Shown here: one piece after another, positions 1 to 13,243 of the stretch
Numbering within the stretch: the first letter of the stretch is position 1
How the letters are laid out: the number at the start of each line of letters is the position of its first letter
Translations under genes and position numbers: made by a program
From: Squalus acanthias
Lineage: Eukaryota
Direction: 5' to 3'
Length of the DNA: 64,000 bases
Assembly: GCA_030390025.1 (NCBI GenBank)
Contig: JASTWF010000363.1
Span: forward strand, 186,001-250,000
Notes under the pieces: model-generated
What the model was told of the DNA's origin: nothing
Seen by the model: the letters and a program-made list of their open reading frames with translations, nothing else
Database searches by the model: none

Positions 1-2417
1 AAAGGAGGTGGGGTCGCACTATTGATTAAAGAAACAATTACAGCTGTGAGGAGGGATGATATGTTAGAAGGATCATCAAATGAGGCCATATGGGTTGAGT
101 TGAAGAACCAAAAAGGGGCGATCACACTGCTGGGAGTGTACTATAGACTCCAAACAGTCAGAGGGAGATAGCAGAGCAAGTATGTAGGCAAATTTCTGAG
201 AAGTGCAAAAACTATAGGGCAGTAATAGCAGGGGATTTCAACTACACTAATATTAACTCGGATAAAATTAGTGTGGGACAGGAGGGTGTGACTACGAGTG
301 AGGGAGGTATGGGGATCCAGAAGGTAGCATTGGAGGAGCCTCAGCCCTTGCACTTGTCGAACAGGTACGAGGTTCTTGCGGCCTGTGTGGATGAGATCAG
401 GGACTGCGGGGAGGATGAGCAAACCGACCGCAGCACCGTGGTACAGGGGGCCATTCAAGTTGGGGGAGTAAAAAGAACATAAGACTCCACCGGCAAATAG
501 GGTACGAGTAGGGAAAAATGGTAAAAAGACAACATTAAAGGCTCTTTTTCTGAATGCACACAGCATTCGTAACAACATAGATGAATTGACGGCACAAATA
601 GAAATAAATGGGTATGATCTGATAGCCATTACAGAGACGTGGTTGCAAGGTGACCAAAGCTGGGAACTGAATATTATGGGGTATTTCACATTTCGGAATG
701 ATAGGTAGAAAGGAAAAGGAGGTGGGGTAGCTCTGTTAATAAAGGATGAGATCAGTACAGTAGTGAGAAATGATATTGGCTCGGAAGATCAAGATGTAAA
801 ATCAGTTTGGGAGGAGATAAGAAATAGTAAGGGAAAGAAGTCACTGGTGGGAGTAATCTATAGGCCCCCTAACAGTAGCTATACAGTAGGACAGAGTATA
901 AATCAAGAAATAATGGGTGCTTGTAAGAGAGATACTGCAATAATCATGGGTGATTTTAATCTTCATATAGATTGGGCAAATCAAATTGGCAAAGGTAGCC
1001 TTGAGGACAAGTTCATAGAATGTATTCAGGATGAATTCTTAGAACAATACTTTGTGGAACCAACCAGGGAGCAGGCTATTTTAGATCTGGTAATGTGTAA
1101 TGAGGCAGGACAGAGTTGGCTAAAGTGGACTGGGAAAATAGGTTAAAGGGTAAGATGGTAAATAAGCAGTGGCAGACATTTAAGGAGATATTTCATAACT
1201 CTCAGCAAAGGTATATTCCAGTGAGAAGGAATGACTCTACGAGAAGGATGAACCATCCGTGGCTAACAAAGGAAGTTAAGGATGGTGTCAAATTGAAAGA
1301 AAGGGCATACAATGTTGCGAAGATTAGTGGTAGGCCAGAGGATTGGGAATTTTTTAGAAACCAACAAAGGATGACTAAAAAAATAATAAAGAGGGAGAAG
1401 ATAGATTATGAGAGTAAACTAGCAAGAATAATAAAAAAAGACAGTAAGAGCTTCTACAGGTATATAAAAAGGAAGAGAGTAGCTAAAGTAAATGTTGGTT
1501 CCTTAAAGGATGAGACTGGGGAATTAATAATGGGAAACAAAGAAATGGCAGAGACTTTGAACAAATATTTTGTATCTGTCTTCATGGTAGAAGACACTAA
1601 AAGCATCCCAATAATAGTAGATAATCAATGGGCAAAAGGGAGGGAGGAACTTAAAACAGTAACTATTACTAGAGAAAAAGTACTTGGCAAACTAATGGGA
1701 CTAAAGGGCTGACAGGTCCCCTGGACATGATGGCCTGCATCCTAGGATATTAAAAGAAGTGACTGCAGAGACAGTGGATGCATTGGTTGTAATCTACCAA
1801 GATTCTTTGCATTCTGGAAAGGTCCCAGCAGATTGGAAAACTGCAAATGTAACACCCCTATTCAAGAAAGGAGGGAGTCAGAAAACAGGTAACTATAGGC
1901 CAGTTAGCCGAACATCTGTCATTGGGAAAATGCTGGAATCCATTATTAAGGAAGTAGTAGCAGGACATTTAGAAAATCATAATACAATCAAGCAGAGTTA
2001 ACATGGTTTTATGAAAGGGAAATCATGTTTGACAAATTTACTAGATTTCTTTGAGGATATAATGAGCAGGGTGGATAAAGGGGGGCCAGTAGATGTAGTG
2101 TATTTGGATTTCCAGAAGGCATTCGATAAGGTGCCACATAAAAGGTTACTGCACATGGTAAGAGCTCATGGTGTTGGGGGTAATAGATCAGCATGGATAG
2201 AGGATTGGCTAACTAACAGAAAATAGAGTGTCGGGATAAATGGATCATTTTCAGGTTGGCAAACTGTAACTAGTGGGATGCCACAGGGATCAGTGCTGGG
2301 GCCTCAACTATTTACAATCTATATTAATGACTTGGATGAAGGGACCAAGTGTACTATTGCCAAATTTGCTGAAGATACAAAGATAGGTGGGAAAGCAAGT
2401 TGTGAGGAGGACACAAA
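1..2417 (+). mobile_element. Composite of decayed CR1 LINE pieces: APE endonuclease fragment (1-270), ORF1 linker fragment (~271-480), and a second copy with endonuclease, tether and RT (~520-2417)
   Basis: ORF pieces contain YRPPN, IIMGDFN, NYRPVS, VVYLDFQKAFDKVPH, PQGSVLGP and KFAEDT, broken by stops and frameshifts. It ends where a Harbinger end starts at 2418. Confidence 0.9.
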
Positions 2418-2875
2418 GGCCACGATTTTCTCCTCCGTGTCGGAATGGGTGCGGGTCAGGTGGTTTCCGGGTTCCGTTCCCGCCCCCAGCTGCCTCCGCT
2501 CTGTAATTGTGATTTTCCCTTGATTGGCCTTGTTAAGCCTGCCCTGCGGGTTTACTGGCCAATTAACAGGAAGCCGGTCTGATGACGTCGTTTGATGATG
2601 CGTCATCTGCTGGTTTCCTTTATTTTGACAGCTGATTTTTCAGTGTTTGTCAGCATTGAGGTGCTGAAAAAACTGACAACCATGCACAATGGTGAACTTT
2701 TTCAGCCAGGCTCTCCAATGACTCCCTCTATATGCTTATGGAGGGAGTCACAGTACGCAGGGAGGTTCTCTTCCCTTCCAAGGGTGGAAGAGACCTCCCC
2801 AGGGCACCAACTCACCTTGCACCTCCACCCAACCCTCTCTATCTACTTTATCACTTCCCCACTCACTAGGTCTGA
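2418..2875 (+). mobile_element. PIF/Harbinger fragment (Myb-side terminus with decayed Myb/SANT 5' end)
   Basis: Starts GGCCACGATTTTC, like the other family termini. It is the reverse-complement homologue of 13900-14059. About 2705-2800 reads ARLSNDSLYMLMEGVTVRREVLFPS, matching the Myb/SANT ORFs at 50387 and 57825. Confidence 0.7.
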
Positions 2876-3036
2876 TTGTTTCATTGGCTCCGATGTTGCT
2901 GGAATAGATGGCAGCTGCAAGTGAGATGACAGAAGCGATCTGTCACTGGTGAGAGAGGTGTTCCCAGTGAGGTGGCACTGGACATACAGTTGGATCTAAA
3001 AACTTGTAAGCTAAAGAAATCTGCATATGTATTCCG

Positions 3037-4510
3037 TATTCCGTATGCCTTCTCAACCACCTTATCTACCTGGCCTGCTACCTTCAGGGATCTGTGGACA
3101 TGCACTCCAAGGTCCCTTTGTTCCTCTACACTACTCAGTGTCCTACCATTTAATGTGTATTCCCTTTCCTTGTTAGCCTTCCCCAAATGTATTACCTCAC
3201 ACTTATCCAGATTGAATTCCATTTGCCACTGTTCTGCGCACCTGACCAATTTATTGATATCTTCCTGCAGTCTACAGCTTCCTTCTTCAGTATCAACCAC
3301 ACAACCGATTTTAGTATCATCTGCAAACGTCTTAATCATACACCCTATATTCAAGTCTAGATCGTTGATATAAAGCACAAAAAGCAAGGGACCTAGTACT
3401 GAGCCCTGCAGAACACCACTGGAAACAGCCTTCCAGTCACAAAAACTCCCATCAACCATTACCCTCTGCTCCTGTCTCCGAGCCAGTTTTGAATCCAACT
3501 TGACACTTTGCCCTGGATCCCATGGGCTTTTAACTTCGTGACCAGTCTGCCATGTGGAACCTTATCAAAAGCCTTGCTAAAGTCCATATACACTACATCA
3601 AACGCACTACCCTCATCTACCCTCCTTGTTACCTCCTCAAAAAATTCAATCAAGTTTGTCAGACACGACCTTCCCTTAACAAATCCGTGCTGACTATCCT
3701 TGATTAATCCGTGTCTTTCTAAATGAAGATTTATCCTGTCCTTCAGAATTCTTTTCAATAATTTTCCCACCACCGAGGTTAGGCTGACTGGCCTGTAATT
3801 TCTCAGTCTGTCCTTTTCTCCCTTTTTAAACAAGGGTACCACATTAGCAGTCCTCCAGTCCTCTGGCACCACACCTGAAGCCAGAGAGGGTTGAAAAACG
3901 ATGGTCAGAGTCTCTGCAATTTCCTCTTTTGCTTCGCTTAACAGCCTGGGATACATTTCATCCGGGCCTGGGGATATATCCACTTTTAAAGCTGCTAAAC
4001 CCCTTAATACTTCCTCTCTCACTATGTTTATTTCATTTAATATTTCACACTCCTCCCCCCGATAGCAATGTCTGCTTCGCCCTCTCTGTTGTGAAAACAG
4101 ACGCAAAGTATTCATTAAGAACCCTACCGACGTGTCCCACCTCCACACACAGATTACCCTCATGATCTCTAATAGGCCCTACGCTTTCTTTAGTTATCCT
4201 CTTACGCTTAATATATTCAAAAACATCTTTGGGTTTTCCTTATTTGACTTGCCAAGAATTTTTCATGCTGTCTCTTTGCTTTCCTAATATCCTTTTTAAT
4301 TGCACCCCTGCACTTTCTGTACTCTTCTAAAGATTCTGGAGTATTTAGCCCTCGGTATCTGTCATACGCCTCCCGTTTTTTTTTATCCTACCCTGTATGT
4401 CTCTCGACATCCAGGGGACTCTAGATTTGTTAGTCCCACCTTTTTTCTTTAAGGGTACATATTTGGTCTGAATCCTCCGGATCTCCTCCTTGAATGTCTC
4501 CCACTGCTCT
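3037..4510 (-). mobile_element. CR1 LINE ORF2 fragment (RT)
   Basis: ORFs 3459-4163 and 2881-3498 contain NYRPVSLTS, YMDFSKAFDKVPH, QGSVLGP and FADDT. Very similar to the copy at 47357-49171. Confidence 0.92.
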
Positions 4511-4524
4511 GACGCTGATTTGTG

Positions 4525-4652
4525 TCCAATCTTGTTCTATAACGCTCCTGTGAAGTGCCTTGGAATGTTTTACTACGTTAAAGGCGTTACATGCATTGAT
4601 TATTACTACGTTAAAGGCGTTACATACGTTACATACATTGATTGTTGTTGTA
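4525..4652 (+). mobile_element. L2 LINE 3' tail with a local duplication
   Basis: CTCCTGTGAAGTGCCTTGG...TACTACGTTAAAGGCG...TTGTTGTTGT, the same tail as at 13130-13192 and 35085-35150 (-). Confidence 0.7.
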
Positions 4653-4911
4653 TATGAGGGCTTCAAACATTGGGGTAGATCTCGACTTTGTGCAATAGTG
4701 TAAAACGGGTGATAGCGAGTCGGCAGCCCGTTTTACATCTCTCCTGATTTTTATTTCCATCAATGGCTTCCATTCAGCACACCTGGAGAAGTAAATGTTT
4801 GACGGAGAGTTATTACTGGGAGCCAGCTGAAGAGCAGCCATGTGCAACATAATAAGTGTTTATTAAAGAGACCATACACCAGAATTAAAAGTCACTGATT
4901 TGTATTGATAA

Positions 4912-5022
<111 letters not shown>

Positions 5023-5289
5023 TAAAACATATCGCTATAAGTAAGACAGCAGGTGTTATTTTGATGTGTGACGTTATATTCATCACATCGGTGACGGTAA
5101 CTATCTGTTGTATAACTGGTTGATTCTGCCCCATGCAACAGGATTACTCTAGGACAAAATCCGAACATCCTGTTCAGTGAACACCAAGACTGATCAATCC
5201 CACCTGATAACCCCCGCCCTCCCCCCTCAAAAAACCCCATCTGTATAAAACTCTGCAGGATTGGTCACTGTACCATCAGAAGGGTGTTT

Positions 5290-5630
5290 TGCCATTGAAG
5301 TGTTCACATGGGTCAGACGATACTGGGTCTTAGAAAGTCTGTGTTATGAGGAAAGGTTGGTATTTGGTGTCACTTCAAGGTGACCTAAGAGAAGTTTTCA
5401 AAATGATGAAGTGGCTTGATAAAGAAAAAATATTCACACTGACATAGGGTTAAAAATCTACGGGACACCAGGATTAGTTCGCAGAAACTCTGCTTGCAGT
5501 GAAAAGCATGCTCCAAGGGAGCATAGTTGGAGATTCAGCTCTACAGTATTGTAAAATAAATGGCTTGGAGAGACAACTAGATGTGTTTTTGCAGAGAGAG
5601 GGCATTAAGGGATATTGTGAGAAGGTGGGA
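5290..5630 (+). mobile_element. Old, degraded CR1 3' remnant
   Basis: Degenerate matches to the CR1 RT C-terminus (TATGAGGAAAGGTTGG, AGGTGACCTAAGAGAAGTTTTCAAAATGATG, ATTAAGGGATATTG). Confidence 0.55.
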
Positions 5631-6702
5631 CTGAGAACAACCAAAAGTCAACACCCGTATAATCTGGACTATTGGACCATTACCAAGGTACTGCCCGCTC
5701 ATATACTCAGTTGTACTTTGTAAATTCAGACTTTGATTGGTATCTCCAGATACGTCACTTTCTGAGAAATGCTCAAACTATGCCACAGGTTACTCAACTT
5801 TAATTACATTGGAAGAGTGGGGAAGAGGAAAGGAATCGGTGGTTGGGCGGTCAGAGATAATAGGAGTGAGCAGGTTGGGACGGCGAGCGGCAGGGAGAGA
5901 GGGAGGAATGGATGAGAAATGAAGGTTACAGAGGGGTGAAGGAGAATCCTTTACCTCTTTAGAAGATGTAAAAAATCTAATGAGCTTTCCCACACTGTAC
6001 TGAAAGCTGTTTAACTTAAATGGCAAATAATGCTGTTTAAATAATATGGGTTCCTCTAGAGAACAAAAGCATCACAGAAATAGGTGCGATAATCACAGGA
6101 AGCAAGTGTATTACACTTACAGAAGTGCACAAATGGAAGACTTTTTATACCTACTGTAGTGTTGCTTACAGTGGGTTTGGACCCAGGGACCTCTGCCTGG
6201 CTGCAGATAATACCATGTTTCTTTGCTGTTTGGTTGGTAAATGGTTGCTTTCTTTCACCTCCCTTTTTTCTTTTCCAGACCAGGGGAGCGACATGGACCC
6301 CTGGAGCGTAGTAGAATTAAAATAAAATGTTTGTGTTGGCCCCTTTACTCCTTTACGCAAGGGGTCAAAGGGAGACCTACATCGTGGCTCTGGGGGGGAG
6401 GGGACACCAGGCTTCTCATTCCCCTCCGCAGCTAGCAGGCAGACTCCAGATTTTGCAGAAGCCTGGGGCAGGTGGGCACCTAAGGTGTGCCTGTAGTGCT
6501 ACAGGTGCCCGCTAGCCCCATGCAATGAATTGCACTCGAACTGACCATACATACACTGGAGGGCACTGGAGATCCAGATGTAACTGCTGGGATTGTGCCC
6601 CACATTCATTCAGGGACATAACGTTTTTTTAACAATCACAGTGTAAACTTTTGTTCTCTTTTCCTCCTCCTCTACCCACTCACCCCACCCCCCGCCCCCC
6701 AG

Positions 6703-6822
6703 GGCTTGGCTCTGAACCCAAGTGATGCCTGTTCTGTTCATGCCCTTGCACATGTATATGAGATGCGCGCTGATGCGGACGCTGGATTAAAGTTTATGAA
6801 GCAGACAGAAAACAACTGGAAG
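6703..6822 (+). CDS. TTC38: TTC38 coding exon (120 bp)
   Basis: Pyrimidine tract + cag acceptor, gtaaac donor. Encodes GLALNPSDACSVHALAHVYEMRADADAGLKFMKQTENNWK. Confidence 0.95.
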
Positions 6823-7549
6823 GTAAACCTAAGAAAGACAAGCGAAGATAAGTGGTTCCTGACCAACCCCGTTAAAGGCCATAAATGTAATTAGGGCAGC
6901 GAACTGGTACAGCAACACACAGCGCCATAGGAATTGAAGGGTACAGGTTGAACTCCACTGATTTCTGCTCTGCTGTAGGGAGGTTGCTTGTCTCCACTCA
7001 GTCTTCCCACAGGTCGGGGAGCAGAGGGAACATCGTAGGGAAAGCTGTCATCACTGGGTTTCTGTTATATATTCTATACTAGATGGAGACGGACTGGGAA
7101 GCAGATTTCCCGCCTTCCTTTGCAGCCTTAATTGCTGGTGTCTTGGCGGGAAAAATAGGGGAAGTGTGGCGGATCGCCACCTAAACGGGCATTATCCACT
7201 TTTCCGTCCGTGGACAATATATCGAGCACCTTCCCTTTAAGGCACCTTAGCTTTAAGGCAGCAGTGGGCGGGGCCTCAGGATTTTTCCAGAGAATTCTGG
7301 GGGCAGTCTGTTCAGCCATTTTGTACCATGCAGTTGTATTAAAAAAGTCTCTTGTTTTCCACACATGGATTCAGCCTTAATTCGTGTTTCACGGCAGCCT
7401 CAACAGAAGGGATATTGTTCCCCCATTTGTAGTTTTTTTTTAAAAGGTGCTAAATAGGTGAATAACTGTCTGTTAGCATTCAGTTGAGTGATAAACTTTA
7501 CTGTTGTGATATCTTGATTCTGTTATCAGTACAATAACTATTAGGATGA

Positions 7550-7681
7550 TAGCAAAATACTGCGGATGCTGGAAATCCGAAATAACAACAGAAAACGCTA
7601 GAAAAACTCAGCAGGCCAGGCAGCATCCGTGGAGAGAGAAACAGAGTTAACGTTTCAGGTCGAAGACCTTTCGTCAGACTA
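7550..7681 (-). mobile_element. Short Penelope-type terminal fragment carrying a hammerhead motif
   Basis: The minus strand reads AGT CTGACGA A AGGTC TTC GACCT GAAA CG TT AACT, followed by the same tail as the + copy at 12479-12595. Confidence 0.7.
7645..7680 (-). ncRNA. Minimal type I hammerhead ribozyme motif
   Basis: CUGACGA core, 5-bp stem II AGGUC/GACCU, GAAA, palindromic ACGU stem III, GUU triplet. Stem I is imperfect (AGU vs AACU). Confidence 0.7.
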
Positions 7682-7833
7682 TTAGGGTTAGATGAGGTAC
7701 AGAAAATCTGAGATGAAGTGAACCAGTACCAATTTTTAACAACTGCTAGCTCAAGATTAACTCTGCCAGAGGGATGGGAATAGGTGGCCTATCTGCAGTC
7801 AGTCAGGGAATGGTGCAAAAGGGCAGAAAATAA

Positions 7834-7929
<96 letters not shown>

Positions 7930-9674
7930 TGATTTGGACCCTTGCACCTTCACATGCTTGCTTGCATCTGTTAATCATCATGTTACAGTTATATACACAG
8001 TTTGACCTTCAAGTATAAAGTCATTGCAAGCTGTCCCACTGGATCGAAGGACCCTGTACTTCCTCCATGCTGGAATCTACACCAGTGAACATGTTATGCT
8101 GTCACTGACAGGAGTAGAACTGATCTGACAATATGAAAATAGCTTGACAATTTTTTTTACAAGACGAGATTGAGTGGTGCAGTGAGTTCCGCTGAAAGGC
8201 AGTTTTCTTCCTGGGTGGAAAGTCAGCATAAGGTTCGTGGGGCTGGAACTCTGCCCATCTCAGTGGCTGTCCTTGAACCCAGTCCATTTCCCGGAGACAG
8301 TCATTTAAATATCTTAGTCAGACTCCCAGCGGGATTCCCACCTGCATTGGGGAGGGCGGGCTGCCTCTTTGGGGACTGGAGGAATGCTGTGGCACCCTTG
8401 GGTGCCTACTGCAATGTTTCTGGGTTGGTTGCTTCCAGGGCAGCTGAAGAGGAGCCTCAATCTTTTATAAATAACATTTTTTAAATTGCAATGGATTACA
8501 TTTCCTTGGCGATTTTAAAAATGAGGACCCTGCTCATGCCATGCTATAACAGCATTGTGCTCCAGGAACAAGTGTTCCTAGCACTCAATGTTGCTATGGG
8601 GAAAATGATGGTAAATACATGACATTACTTATTCTTGTAATTTATTTATAATTACAGTACGCCTGCCCATATTAGGGTTTCTTGCAGGAAATCCCAGAAG
8701 TGGGTGGTGGCGGATGGGGATCTAGTGGAATGATTCCCTGTCCAATTTTTCTTCCCTGCCTTTCCTGTTTAGCAGTACAACCCAATAGGGAATTGGGCCC
8801 TTGACTGTTTATTTCTATACCTGGGTTTAAATCCGACTCAAATTGGATGATAATCTCATCGGTCAGTTGGCTGTAAGGCCCATGCATGCGATGATTTTGG
8901 TCTGCCTCAAAACCAGCTCGTAACCAGCATGGAATCGCAGCAAAAACAATTGCCCCGAATTTGGCACTAATTGGACAAAATAAAATGGGCAATATGCTGT
9001 TTACTGATACAAAAGCTTCTCCAGGTAATAGGAACAGACAAATATTGAGGAATAAAGGGCTATGGGGATCCGGCTGGCTGGTCCTAGATTTGTTGGTTCT
9101 AAATTATGATGATTTATGAAGTCGGTCTCACTCAAGGACAAATTTTGCGAGGCTCCTTGCTGCTGGCAGGGCCTCATACACAGCCGATGGGGAGAGAGTT
9201 CACGACTTTCTGTCCATTGATTGCAATGGATGGAAAGATACGGGCAAAGTGCCTGTGATCTTGCGATCTCCGCCAGCTGTGTGCCAGCTCCCACTGGCAG
9301 AGCAGGGTTTTGCAAAATTTAATGCATTCAATGAAATCTATCAAAAGGAAATGAATTAGGGCCAGACTGGATCAATTTCCCAGTGAGTGGATACAAAAGC
9401 ACAAAACTATCTGGTATGTGCAGCTCACATAGAGGGGCAGAAGAAGTAAGAATGTCACACTGGTGAAGTAAGGAATGCTTTCTGAAGGTGAGTTTTAGAC
9501 ATGTTGAATGAGATTCAGTCTGTAGCTGGATTGTACTTTATCTGATCCGGGCAGTACTTCACCTGACCTTGGATGCTTGATATCAGCAGTCATTACCCTG
9601 AACCCCTCAACTGTGTTTACATCCTTATTCCTAAATAATGTTTGCTTCTTATTGATAGTGTTCTTCTCACACAG

Positions 9675-9713
9675 GGTGAATATGAAGCAGCACTCACACT
9701 CTATGATGCTCAT
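9675..9713 (+). CDS. TTC38: TTC38 coding exon (39 bp)
   Basis: cacag|...|gtaagt. Encodes GEYEAALTLYDAH. Confidence 0.93.
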
Positions 9714-9894
9714 GTAAGTATAAACTAGCTCAAATGTTTGAAAAGATACTTCATAACAGAAATCCATTGTACAGAGGGTGTAGGTTTTCTGATTTTTTTT
9801 CCCATTCATTTGATTTCAGGGATGAGTTCGGGGTCAATGTCTTGAAGTTGAATATTTCAGTATTTTAGTGTTTGCACTGTGCCTGGAACACGTG

Positions 9895-10783
9895 GGGGTA
9901 AAAATTCACTTGGTTGCGCCACCCGTTAGCGCCTTAAGAGGGCGCTAATGGGGCGCAAAGCCGCTAATGCCCGGGCGCAGCGATGTTTGCGCCGCTCGAG
10001 AACTTAACTTGAGATTGTGCGGCGGCGCTAAAACTTACCGCTGCGACCACCTGCGCGCGCAGATTGTGACGTCATTCCATGGTGCAATGCCCTTGGGGCG
10101 CCCCGTGGCAGAAATTGAGTGGCGCCCCCTGCCTTACCGCCTGGCGCTTCCAACGACCAGAAGACTGGAACGCTATCAATCGCTGTGGGGCTGGGGGGGG
10201 CGCTATTTAAAGGGGGCCTCTTCCTGTCTTTTATTGTTGGTGGCATTTTTGAACTACGCATTCTGAGAGAGGGAGAGACTTCTGGAGAGATTCAACGTTG
10301 TGTGAAGGAGTTTTGGGTACTGAGCAGCACTTTGCAGGTTCATTTTGATTTGCCATTCCTTGTATCGATTTAGCAGAGACCGTGGGAGCTGCACTCTGAG
10401 CTCTTTGCCTGGTGCTCTCCATTGTTCTTTCCAGCACATTTGATGTGCAAGTCTCTCCAGACCGAGATTCAAGGCAGCAATGAACAGGATGTGGATGGAA
10501 AGCAAGATTAACCATCCCCTTTAAGAACTGGCCCGTGCCATTGTGTGTGTGTTCCATTGCTGACTGACATTACATGAGCTTCGCCAGCGCTCCGAGTTAG
10601 CGCCTCACTGCTCGGCCTTTGCGCCTTAAGAGAGGTGTGCAGCGCCTGCTTTAGCGCTCCACTCACCTCCCGGGGCGGTAAAAGTGAAGTTTCCCGTCAG
10701 TGCCGATAATTAGCGCCAGGCGCTAATATTTGTGTCCGGACGATATTTGCGCCCCAAATGGGGCGCGACCTAATTTCTACCCC
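9895..10783. mobile_element. Non-autonomous PIF/Harbinger-type element (MITE-like)
   Basis: TIR GGGGTAAAAATT / AATTTCTACCCC and a 3-bp TSD GTG on both sides. CpG-rich, with repeated TTAGCGCC motifs. Confidence 0.8.
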
Positions 10784-12478
10784 GTGCTGTTCAAAGGGTA
10801 TTTTACTGACATTGTACCCTACTGCTCTATTAACTGTGGAAACTATGATGAATCAATGTTGTCTGCACACTGACACTTTCTGCCTCTCACATTACACAAG
10901 TGCAGCATTGTTCAAGGGAAGAGTACTTAGCAGTTCCCTCTCTATTTTCTCAGATCTTTGTACCTTTAGGTGCATGTTGCTATTTAGCAGCAAGGACTGA
11001 TTTGTGTCACATAAAAAGAGTCGAGTTCTTTGAAGAGCCCCTGTGGCAATTGCCTTTTTTTACTCCTCCACTACACCTGGGGAATTGGTGCCAACCAGGC
11101 TGTCATGAGGTCTCTGCCCCCAGTGCATTACCCCAGGGTTTCCTGGAGCTTCCCCAGTGGATGTAGGTGGGTCTACACCTGTAGTAGGAGCAGGTCTACT
11201 GTTAGGATGATAATGAAGTGTGGGAGTTGGGTGCTCAGCCAGAGGATCTACTGGGGTTTCAAGGGTGGAATGAAGACTGCTGGTAGACAGATAGGTACTC
11301 CTGTGTAATCCTCCCACAATCCCCCTGATCCCTGCCCCCAGGATGAGCTGAGTCACGTGAGGCATTCAGTCCCAGGAGAAGGCCCCAGTGTTGATGGGCA
11401 GGGTTGTATTTTCTCAGGCCCACAGCTGAGCTTTCATTTCCTCCCTGATTTTAGGCATAATGCCCAGCCAGAGCGCACCTGAGATGCTCTCTACCTGTCA
11501 GACACCCAGTGCGTGCCCATAGAGGAAAATATACCCACGAATGCTTAAATTGGGTCAATGAAATTAGGACTTTTAAATTTTGGAGAGAGGGAGCTGAAAC
11601 ATTCAGCATTTATTAAATATTGCTTTGCATCTATATAATCTAAAGCCGTGTGAAGGAGCTTGAAAGGGTGAACTATTCTAATTGTAAGAATCGTTTCTTT
11701 TGTGTTTTTATTCCACTGTTGCCACTGATTTCTTTGAAGAGTCTGAGTGGTAATTATTGTGGTGCTGCCTTTTTTTTTACTCCAACTCCCAAAGTGCCTC
11801 AATGGGTTTCCACTAGGAATTTCCCAATTTCTGTTTTGTGATGGATGAGGAGAACCAACAGAGGAATGCCAGAAAGGTAAAGCTGTACCTGAAGCACTGT
11901 GCACCCTGCTGCTGGTACCCACACATCGAGTCTTCAGCAGGACAGCACGTTATTCCCCTTGTCCGAAGAACAGTGCCTGTGAGTTCTTTAATTTACCAAG
12001 AAGCTGTGACAGTTATACCACCTGCTACAAACAGACCTGCAGCCAAACTCTACCACAGGCTGGCACTGCCAATGGCTGTAAAAATGAGTCTGCCACCAGA
12101 AACCAGTCCAGAATGACTTGCCCACATTTAGTTTTCACCCTTCCTGTAGAGAAATTCCACTGACATTGTTGAACTAATTCTGAAGCTTTCTTCAGTGTCA
12201 ATCTTTTGTTCTTCAATGCATGTAGATGTCTGTTTCTATCTCTGTCTTTCTCTCACTCTTGTGTTCTATCCCCCCACCTTCCCCCACTTCTTTTCATCTA
12301 CCTGTGAAAGTGAATGTCTATTTTGGAGGGGGTGATATTGGCACTGAATGGCTGCTGTGTTGTTTATAAAGCAGCCATTTTATTTCAAAACGTAGTTCAT
12401 TGTGTGAAACACATACAGATATTTCAATGTGGAAGGTGTTATGTAAATACAAGTATTTTATATTATTATAAAAGTTAA

Positions 12479-12595
12479 TTGACCTGAAACGTTAACTCTG
12501 TTTCTCCACAAATGCTGCCTGACCTGCTGAGTATTTCCAGCATTCTCTGTTTTTATTTCAGATTTTCAGCATCTGCTGTATTTTGCTTTTGCTTT
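12479..12595 (+). mobile_element. Second copy of the Penelope-type terminal fragment (hammerhead core lost)
   Basis: GACCTGAAACGTTAACTCTGTTTCTC...GTATTTTGCTTTTG is the reverse complement of 7550-7661. The upstream CTGAnGA is not retained. Confidence 0.7.
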
Positions 12596-12695
12596 TTTAA
12601 TTTTATTATTTCTGTTGAATGCATGTGTTTTTCACTGTTTCCTTTCCCTTGTTTTCTGGTGTCTCTTACTGTTATTTTATCTGTAACATATGCAG

Positions 12696-12777
12696 ATTTA
12701 CCCAGGTTGTTTCAAATCTGGATCAATGCTGGATATGGTGGACACAAGTTCTATGTTGCATCGACTCCAAATGGAAG
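12696..12777 (+). CDS. TTC38: TTC38 coding exon (82 bp)
   Basis: tgcag|...|gtaagt. Encodes IYPGCFKSGSMLDMVDTSSMLHRLQME(G). Confidence 0.94.
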
Positions 12778-12804
12778 GTAAGTACTTACCCTTATCCAAC
12801 ACCT

Positions 12805-13192
12805 CAAAATAAAAATTCTCATTCTTGTGTTTAAATCCATTCATGGCCTCGCCTGTCCCTACTGCTAACTTCCTCCATCCCTACAACCCCCCTTCATACT
12901 CTCTGTTCCTCTGACTCTGGTCTCTGGTGCACGGCCTCCACACCGCTTTGCCCCACCATTGACCACTGTGCCTTCAGTCACCTAGGTCCCATTTTCTGGA
13001 TTTCCTCCTTAAACTTCTGCACCTCCCTCTTTCTCCTTTTAAGACTGCCTATAAAGCCCACCTCTGATGAAACTTTTGGTCACCCCTTTTAATATCTCCT
13101 CCTTTGGCTTGTCCGCTTTTTGATTACTCCTCTGTGGAGCGCCTTGGGACGTTTTTCTGCAATAAAGCTGCTATATAAATGAAAGTTGTTGT
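12805..13192 (+). mobile_element. L2 LINE 3' fragment
   Basis: AAAATTCTCATTCTTGTGTTTAAATCCATTCATGGCCTC..., ending in the L2 tail GAGCGCCTTGGGACG...GTTGTTGTT. Confidence 0.75.
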
Positions 13193-13243
13193 TCAAACAA
13201 TTTTGGATGTAGTTATCACACTTGGTAAATGAAGAAAGACATG

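Noticed and set aside
8195..8800. Possible old Harbinger-type MITE (and similar at 4671-4770 and 29400-29900)
   Set aside because: Family-like motifs are present, but I could not pair TIRs or identify TSDs with confidence.
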